Below the pieces are notes generated by a model. It saw only the letters and a list, made by a program, of their open reading frames with translations. It made no database searches and had not been told where the DNA came from. This document shows positions 20,745 to 27,615 of a DNA stretch of 27,615 nt, piece by piece. Position 1 is the first letter of the stretch; every line of letters starts with the position of its first letter. Origin of the DNA: Chiloscyllium plagiosum (taxonomy: Eukaryota); the NCBI RefSeq assembly GCF_004010195.1, contig NC_057752.1, positions 1,598,704 through 1,626,318 on the forward strand. Direction: 5' to 3'. Position numbers and translations under genes: made by a program.

Positions 20745-21295
20745 TGTACAGGGCTTTGGCAAGACCACACCTGGAGGATTGCGTGCAGTTTTAGTCTCCC
20801 TTAGTCTTGCCATAAAGGGAGGGCAGCAGGGGATCACTAGGCTGGTACCGCGGATGGCAGTTGATTCAACTGGGCCTGCATTCACTCGGGTTTAGAAGGA
20901 CGAGAGGGGGCCTGATCGAAATGTGTAACATTCGAACAGGGCTGGACACTCTAGATGCAGGGAAGATGTTTCCCATGACAAGGGTGGGCTTCCAGAACAA
21001 GGGGTCATAATCTCAGGATACAGGGCAGGCCGTTTCAGGCTGAGGTGAGGAGAAATTTCTTCTCTCAGAGCCTGTGGAATTATCTGCGACAGAGGCAGTG
21101 GAGGCCAAGTCACTCAATATGTTTAAGAAAGATTTCTCATCGTAAAAGGCACCAAGGGATACATGGAGACGGTGGGAGTGTGGCATTGAGATCAAAGATC
21201 ACCTATGACTATGCTGAATGGTGGTTCAGGCTCGATGAGCGGCCTAATCAAGTTAGGAAGAGAACTCCTATTTTCTCCTATCTTTTATGATTTTA
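20745..21295 (+). mobile_element. CR1 LINE 3' portion
   Basis: agaccacacctggaggattgcgtgcagtttt (RPHLE.CVQF)...aggagaaatttcttctctcag...ctgtggaatt... to the tail ctcctatcttttatgattttat. Confidence 0.8.
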
Positions 21296-21508
21296 TTGGA
21301 TGCTGGGGTAGACCTGAGAGGCTAGGAGGCCTACTCCTTCTCCGAATGCATTTCCTTGTAGTTAATGAAGAGGAAGATGGAGATTGTGTGGGTTAACAGC
21401 CACAGCGTGGGGAGTGGACTGGATGCACACACTACAAACACAAGGGATTTTAAGGAACGTCAGCCAATTAGGTTATCAAATTCAGTAACATTCTTGTGTC
21501 TTTTCCAG

Positions 21509-21588
21509 TTGATCTGAAGAGGGAGAGTAAAGAGAACCAATGGTTGGGTGTGACGGTCAAAAGCCAAGGAATTGGAGGGAAGGTTGTG
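21509..21588 (+). CDS. ITGA7: Integrin alpha-7, internal coding exon (equivalent to exon 3)
   Basis: Acceptor tcttttccag| (AG 21507-08) and donor GTG|gtaagt (21589). 80 nt, in frame with the previous exon: (V)DLKRESKENQWLGVTVKSQGIGGKVV, cf. ITGA7 DMQKESKENQWLGVSVRSQGPGGKIV. Absent from the ORF track because it is short. Confidence 0.95.
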
Positions 21589-21869
21589 GTAAGTTGTTCA
21601 TAAAAAGGCAATGGTCTGGAGATATTACACATAAAGACAAGCTCAATCTGCTGAAAGATGCAGCTATACTTGTACACAGCTGTGAACCACTTCCAGTTCA
21701 CACTGACTGAATGAATGAATTCAAAATCAATGTAATTCTCAAAAGGTGCCTTTAAGGGATTATTCAGGAGTGACATTAGAAATCATTATACAACACAGCT
21801 TTCAGACGTTTTATAAACCAGATAAGGTCTAAGGGGCAGCTTTTTCACATTAGACGGGGATGACTGTTT

Positions 21870-22070
21870 GTGAGTTGCCAGAGGGAGTGGTGGAGGCTGG
21901 TACAATGACAACATTTAAAAGGCATCTGGATGGGTATATGAATAGGAAGGGTTTGGAGGGATATGGGCCAAGTGCTGGCAGGTGGGACTAGATTGGGTTG
22001 GGATATCTGGTTGGCATGGACGGGTTGGACCGAAGGGTCTGTTTCTGTGTTGTAGGTTTCAGTGACTCTG
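21870..22070 (+). mobile_element. Young HER1/CR1 LINE 3' end
   Basis: gagttgccagagggagtggtggaggctggtacaat...gggttggaccgaagggtctgtttc, almost the exact reverse complement of 16774-16918. Confidence 0.92.
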
Positions 22071-22930
22071 AGGCAAATCATTGATGAAGTTACAAGAACA
22101 AAAAGATATAACTTTGTTTTGCCATTGTATCGCACATTTTAACAGCGCTGCTTTTGGTCGGTTGTGAGGGAATTATTCAACCTCAGAAGCTTCTGTGAGG
22201 ACTTTAGGCAACTAAGTCTCTGGTCACCAAGTGAAAACAGTTGGGAACCTGGAATTGGCCTCAGAGCCTTGGAGGGAGTTCCACACGCCAAGTGTGTGTG
22301 CTTGTGTGAGGAAATGGGAGGGTCAGTTTGAAGGGCTTATTTCCTGACTTTTACTCCTTGTTTGTATGTTTGAAATGGAAGATTGACTGGCAGCTGGGGA
22401 ACACTATCCCGACACTTAATAACATCTTCAGGGGACAAAGAGAATAGCGAAGAGTGGCAGAAGGCTTACGTTTTCAAAAGAATTGTTTTATTTATGGGAT
22501 TCCTTTTAAGAATCACTGAGCCCGAGGGAGCCAAATAGCGCAAGGGATCTGTTAGCACGGGATCAAGGAAGAAAATCAACAGATGTTAGAAAGAATCATT
22601 TTCTTCTTGAAGTGTTTGAACTTGAAAAGGCATCTTGTTCGAGAGATTCCATCTGAAAAGCAAAACTAAACAGGGAAAATATCCTTTGGCAAATGCAGGC
22701 AGCTTTTTGGGGCAGTCCAAGCACATAATCAGCAGAAAGCTGAGCCTGTTGATAAGATCAAATCCCAATCAATCTTGTAATTTAAATTTGCGTGCCACCT
22801 TATGGTTGGCATCCAGTTTTACCCATACTCAGGTGGGCACAGTTAACAGGCGCACTGACCTTGCTGCAAGGTTGATTACACAGAGCCGTTAAGTGCAATT
22901 GGGAATGAGGCGTTTATATTGCAAGAGTCC

Positions 22931-23040
22931 AGTCATAGAGTCATAGAGATGTACAGAATGGAAACAGACGCTTCGGTCCAACCCATCCATGCCAACCAGA
23001 TATCCCAAACCAATCTAGGCCCATATCCCTCCAAACCTGT
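22931..23040 (-). mobile_element. HER1 3' tail
   Basis: agtcatagagtcatagagatgtacag...ggaaacagacgcttcggtccaacccatccatgccaaccagatatccc. Confidence 0.88.
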
Positions 23041-23104
23041 CCTCTGATCGAGACGTCGAGGAATAGCAGTAGATGTGCAGTCAGATTGCTGGCCACCTTT
23101 TGTC

Positions 23105-23358
23105 AAAAGGACCGTGGCTAATATGAGGAAAAACTCCCTTTCATGTCCCAAGTGTTTTGGCTGTTGGAATGTGCTGCCTGAGAGCGTGGTGGAGGCAGAC
23201 TCAATTCACCAGAGAATGGGATCATTATTGAAAGGGACACGAAGGAAAACAGGCAGGATTACAGAGCAAAGGCCAGGGAGTGGGCTTGTGAGGTGTTCGG
23301 TCAGAGAGCCAGCATGGGGTACGATGGGCTGAAGGGCATGTAGCCATTCTCTGATTCT
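23105..23358 (+). mobile_element. Old CR1 3' end
   Basis: atgaggaaaaac...tggaatgtgctgcctgagagcgtggtggaggcagactcaat (WNVLPESVVEADS), tail gatgggctgaagggc. Confidence 0.75.
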
Positions 23359-24137
23359 GTTTTGTTTCTGGAGGGATCATTTTAAATCTAATCCAAATGA
23401 ATACTCAGACATCTCCACGCTGCATTGGCGGCAAGGGTCCGAATGAAACACATTGGACAAATTTGCTCAATTTCCAGTGGCCATCAGTTAGTAGCATCCG
23501 ACGTTACTAATAAGCTCCAGTCTAGACCAGTTGGGGTGAATGGCCTGTTTTGTGTGCTGTAGAATGCTATGCCATTTGTTGTAAGTGTTGGCACACTAAG
23601 CAGGGTTAACCAGCGGCCCTATTTGAGCAGGAATGGGCAGGTAGGAGCTGAGGTTCATTTGATGTTCATCGTCGGAGCAGATCTATGTTCCTGACATTGG
23701 AATGGGATCCCAGCAATAGAATAATTCTCCTCACCTTCATGAGTACAATATCCCACCAGCTCCCACCATTCTCAACAAAAATCTAGTTGAAAGCCCATTT
23801 CTCTTTCTCCTCCCAAATCCTCTCTTCATGTACATGTCGATTCCTGACAGGATTGGAGCTCCCCAGCTGCTGGTCACTTTGAGCCTCTCACAATTCTTCA
23901 CCTGCATCTTGTGGGGATGCTAGCAGACTGTTCGACTGCAGCGGCCAGCGCAGGCAAGCCCTGTCCCTGCCTGATGCCCACACGTGCACAGAAGCCACCA
24001 GCTGGTAGCGAGGGCGGTGCCCCTGGCTGGGCCTACCTCACCCACAGGCACTGCTTCCGACTGAAGCATTCCCCCGAGCCCCCTTGACTGCTGCTCCCAT
24101 TGACACTGACTTGGCACAGAGGGCAAAACAAACCTAG

Positions 24138-24462
24138 GTTGGCACGGTGGCTCAGTGGTTGGCACTGCTGCCTCACAGTGCCAGGGCCCCGGGTTCAATT
24201 CCAGACTCGGGCTTCTGTCTGTGTGGAGTTTGCACTTTCTCCCCGTGACTGTGTGGTTTCCTCCAGTTTCCTCCCACAGTCCAAAGATGTGCAGGTTAGG
24301 GTGGATTGGCCATGCTGAATTGTCCCGTAGTGCCCAGGGATGTGTAGGTTAGATGGATTAGCAATGGGAAGTGCAGGGTTACAGGGTAGGGGATGCTCTT
24401 AGAGGGTCGGTGTGGAGTCCAAGGGCTGAATGGCCAGCTTCCACACTGTTGGGACTCTATCT
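24138..24462 (+). mobile_element. HE1-type V-SINE
   Basis: ggcacggtggctcagtggttggcactgctgcctcacag...gggttcaattcc...cccacagtccaaagatgtgcagg...gggctgaatggcc. Confidence 0.92.
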
Positions 24463-24569
24463 GCACTGTGTTGCCTAAATCTGGTGAAGTACTGGGAACT
24501 TGGAGAATGGTGTGTAACAAATATCACATCAGCAAAGATTGAACAGGCTTTTAGTGTTGTGTGGCAGGG

Positions 24570-25010
24570 CAGGGAGGAATCCCTTCTCTCTCAGAGAGAG
24601 AAGACTGAGGGTTGTGTCGATAAAGGTCTTTACAATGATGTCGAGTCGATCTACACGGTTCCAGTCAGGGAAATCTGGCAGAGAATTCAGGGAAAACTCC
24701 CTTTTCCAGAGAATTGGAGAATCAAGTGGCTGAGGGGAAGAGCATAGATACAAGAAAGGGCTCTTGTGGCACAGTGGTAGTGTCCTGTAGGCCAAGAGGC
24801 CCAGTTTCAAGGCCAAAGGTGTGTCATAACATAAAGCTCGATAAAGCCATGAGGGAGAAAAAGGATAGGGTGAGGTAAAGCAGTTCTCAGGGAACTTTGG
24901 GGAGAAAGCTAGTTGGTCTATGTTTAAGTGGGCGGGGTGAGGCTTGTGTGTTATTTAAATGCCAGCATGGTGTGGTTGGGCCTAATGGCCTAGTTCTGTG
25001 TTGTGAATGT
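24570..25010 (+). mobile_element. Degenerate CR1 3' end, interrupted by a short SINE at ~24758-24832, ending ~30 nt before exon 4
   Basis: agagaagactgaggg...aggtctttaca; agagaattcagggaaaact; tail ttaaatgccagcatgg...gttgggcctaatggcctagttctgtgttgt. Similar to 7230-7600. Confidence 0.55.
24758..24832 (+). mobile_element. Short tRNA-like SINE remnant
   Basis: gggctcttgtggcacagtggtagtgtcc...ccaagaggcccagtttcaag...aaaggtgtgtcataacat, paralleling 9913-10018. Confidence 0.55.
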
Positions 25011-25040
25011 GACCGAGGTGTCGTCTTTTCTTTCTCGTAG

Positions 25041-25296
25041 ACCTGTGCCCATCGCTATGAGCTGAGGCAGCGTGTGAATCAGTCGGCGGAAACCCGCGAC
25101 ATGATCGGGCGCTGCTACGTGCTGAGCCAGGACTTGCAAATCCGAGATGAGCTGGATGGTGGTGACTGGAAGTTCTGTGAAGGCCGCACGCAGGGTCACC
25201 AGCGCTTCGGGTACTGCCAACAGGGCATCGCGGCAGGTTTCACACCAGACGAGCATTACATTTTATTTGGTGCCCCGGGCACGTACAACTGGAAAG
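25041..25296 (+). CDS. ITGA7: Integrin alpha-7, internal coding exon (equivalent to exon 4, the last exon before the X1/X2 alternative exons)
   Basis: Acceptor cttttctttctcgtag| (AG 25039-40) and donor AAAG|gtcagt (25297). 256 nt, phase 0 to phase 1: TCAHRYELRQRVNQSAETRDMIGRCYVLSQDLQIRDELDGGDWKFCEGRTQGHQRFGYCQQGIAAGFTPDEHYILFGAPGTYNWKG. The ETRDMIGRC..LSQDL.IRDELDGG.WKFCEGR motif fits ITGA7 better than ITGA6 or ITGA3. Confidence 0.96.
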
Positions 25297-27219
25297 GTCA
25301 GTCATTCCCGATGTTTGTGTGGGCATGAAACAAATTTGGCATCTTTGCTCTGGCAAGCAACATCAAAAGCATAAAAAGTGGGCAACAATTCTTACCACTG
25401 GCACTGCCCACACTTAACCTGGGCAACCACTATCACCCAGCAACTGTTGCAAGCTCTTTCCCAACACTGTTGTCGTTGAATTTAAAGGTGTCACTTCAAG
25501 TACTATGCCAGGCTGTTGCGTCCCGAGCGATTTTAAAGCCAAGAGAAGCTGCTACTTGAGTCATGCCACCCCTCTCTGTGGTGGTCACACATACCAATGC
25601 CTACTCTGACTGCAAACACTGAGATAACCTGGCAAGGATCGTGTGGCACCTTGTACCCTCTGCCTATTCCTGCCCAGCTAGAGTAGCTGCCATTGGCACT
25701 CCGCACCTGCCCAAGATGCCAGGCTGAAGTGACAGGACATGCCTTCATTCCAGAACCATGCAGCCACATGGTAACCGTGGAAACACAAAGCTGTCAGAAT
25801 TCCAATGTGCTTGGATGGTTTCTTTGTTGACAGAATTCCTGCAGGCCCCAAAAAACTGTGGCAGTGAATTGTCCTCTCAACCTTTAGATTCTAAGCCAAA
25901 CCAATGGCATCCCAAGTCTGCTGTCCCTCCTAGGACTGTACAAAATGGGTTCCGTGCAGTTTTGACCCTGGTTCCCAGTGGCTCAGTGGGCATCTTAACT
26001 CAGAAATTGCCAAGGGTCACTGCCACTGAAGGTGGCAGCCTGGCATTGGCACGGATGGAGATGTGCTTTCTGAGCTTAAGCTGAATGGCACATTATTGGG
26101 CAGAGGGTGGTTTACTCTGTGTCAGCCGTAAACGCCCAAGTGTTTGCCTTGGCCAGCACTGAAACCTTCACTTAAAAAACAGTGGACAAAATCATTCCTT
26201 GTGAACAGCTGCTGAAGACAGTTATGAGTTCCAATTCATGATTTAAGAGTGACACGTATCCAAGTCTCTATGAAATAGTTGTGAATGAAGAGATGTGTTA
26301 CTGTCACCTCTAATGAGCTGTGCCCCGGAGGTTGGCATAAACCCTATCCAGGAGGCCCCGTGCTGGCACGGTCTCTGACTGTTTATTTCCAGAGCTGTCT
26401 GCTTTGTTTCTCAGTTGTGGAGAAAGGCTGTTTATGTTATACATTCCAACGGGAATAATTATTCCGGTTGCCCTGTGGACCCATTTTGTTTTGAAGTGAC
26501 ATGTTACCAACTATGTTGTTGGGGCAAAGTTTTAAAAGGCAAGCATTGTACAAGGTGTGCCTTATTTAAAGAGCAAGATGCCAACAAGGTGGTGAAGATG
26601 GTAGAGAAGCTACCGTTAGTCTTCATACCGAGAGGGCGCACATTTCGAGGGATCCCCTCCAAACTTTGGCAAATGATAGAATTCCCACACTCGCTGTTGA
26701 TTTACATAGAGGGAAAACTTTCCCAATGGGAAAAAAAACACTCCGTCATTTCAAAAAGCAAAGTCGTGTTTGATTGTGTTAAGAAGATCATTAAGGAGCC
26801 AATATCTGGGCGGGAGGGGAGTGGGTCATGACCTCTCGAATCATCTTGAGGTTGGGCACTGCCACTCTGGAGGACCCACCTCTGTTTTGCGCCCGGGAAC
26901 TTCCTGTTGCCCATCATCTTTGAGATCGAGGTTGGGCCCGCAAGTCTTGGCGCAGTTAGGTAAGTTGCCATTCTTTAGTCCCTCCCCTGGTCTGCTCCCT
27001 CGATGCCCTTTCCTGCAAATGTTGTCATTGCATGAGTCTAGTTCCAGAGGTAACTCCTGCACTGACACCTTGGTCAACGGGACAGAAGTATTCCCATGCT
27101 GGGATGACTTTGTGGAGAGTTCTCTCTGGTCTAACTGGAATGCGGTGAGCCTAGTTGTGAAACCAGCAGATAAGGTGCAAGGACTTGGTTGACCCCAAAA
27201 GCCTGACACTTTTCGCATC

Positions 27220-27615
27220 AGAGAGCGGAGGGAGCTGGGTGGAAGTGAAGGCAGAGCACAAAGCTGGTCGGGAAGGTAAGTGATTGCTATTAGAGTGGGT
27301 GTGTTCTAGACCCCAGGTCCTACAAGGTAGGGCCTCCCTCCCTCCCTCCTCCTCTAACCTAAATTAAGAGTCCACAGACTTGCCCCAAAAAGAGCGTCCA
27401 AGGAAGTTCCTGTGGATTGAAGAGAGAGTCTTTAGCTCAGGAGTCTTTGACAAGGAGGTTGAGTGAAGTGATTACGCCACAGTTGAAGAGGGTGAAGACA
27501 TGACTGCCCAGCTGGTTCACTGTGCTACGTGCTTGATGTGGGAGGTCAACGACTCTGGTGTGTCTGGCTCATATAAGTGTGGAAAGTGTGTGCACATTCA
27601 GCTACTGACAGAGCA
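27220..27615 (+). mobile_element. 5' end of a CR1-type LINE: 5'UTR plus start of ORF1 (ATG 27500), running off the window
   Basis: 27500-27615 is open: MTAQLVHCATCLMWEVNDSGVSGSYKCGKCVHIQLLTE, a CxxC-x15-CxxC zinc finger with the 'C..C.MWE...Y.C.KC..QLL' pattern of fish/shark CR1 ORF1. The upstream gtagggcctccctccctccctcctcctctaacct motif is recalled from shark CR1 5'UTRs. The 5' boundary is approximate. Confidence 0.75.

Noticed and set aside
27029..27034. RBFOX motif TGCATG in intron 4 (also GCATG at ~25323)
   Set aside because: Isolated hexamer at chance frequency and far from any identified alternative exon.
25297..27220. Possible X1 or X2 alternative exon of ITGA7, including ORFs 26415-26831, 26770-27192 and 26841-27218
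   Set aside because: No DDGPYE / PANSY (X1) or DPDQLVYK / LNSY (X2) motifs found by eye, and the ORFs have no recognisable similarity.

Overview
Eukaryotic (vertebrate) genomic DNA, almost certainly from a cartilaginous fish (shark), judging by its HE1-type V-SINEs, HER1/CR1 LINEs and DeuSINE (SacSINE1-like) repeats. The window lies within an integrin alpha-7 (ITGA7) gene on the + strand. Three coding exons (16559-16686, 21509-21588, 25041-25296; 128/80/256 nt) have AG/GT boundaries and splice in frame into beta-propeller sequence closely matching ITGA7 exons 2-4. Exon 1 and the X1/X2 exons were not found. The rest is intron, densely filled with often nested retroelements, and nearly all ORFs in the supplied track are spurious or are LINE fragments. 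Main observations: (i) at least eight short Penelope-like inserts from about three families, several palindromic and several flanked by target-site duplications, that begin or fold back at a minimal hammerhead-ribozyme motif, with one copy keeping an intact core; (ii) a compact E-box/MEF2-like/CArG cluster and a CArG/MCAT/forkhead cluster that are candidate muscle enhancers; (iii) the 5' end (5'UTR plus ORF1 zinc finger) of a sense-oriented CR1 LINE carrying a perfect splice donor in intron 4; (iv) near-identical inverted LINE copies flanking exons 2 and 3. Repeat boundaries are approximate and were read by eye. Family names come from recalled consensus features, not database searches.
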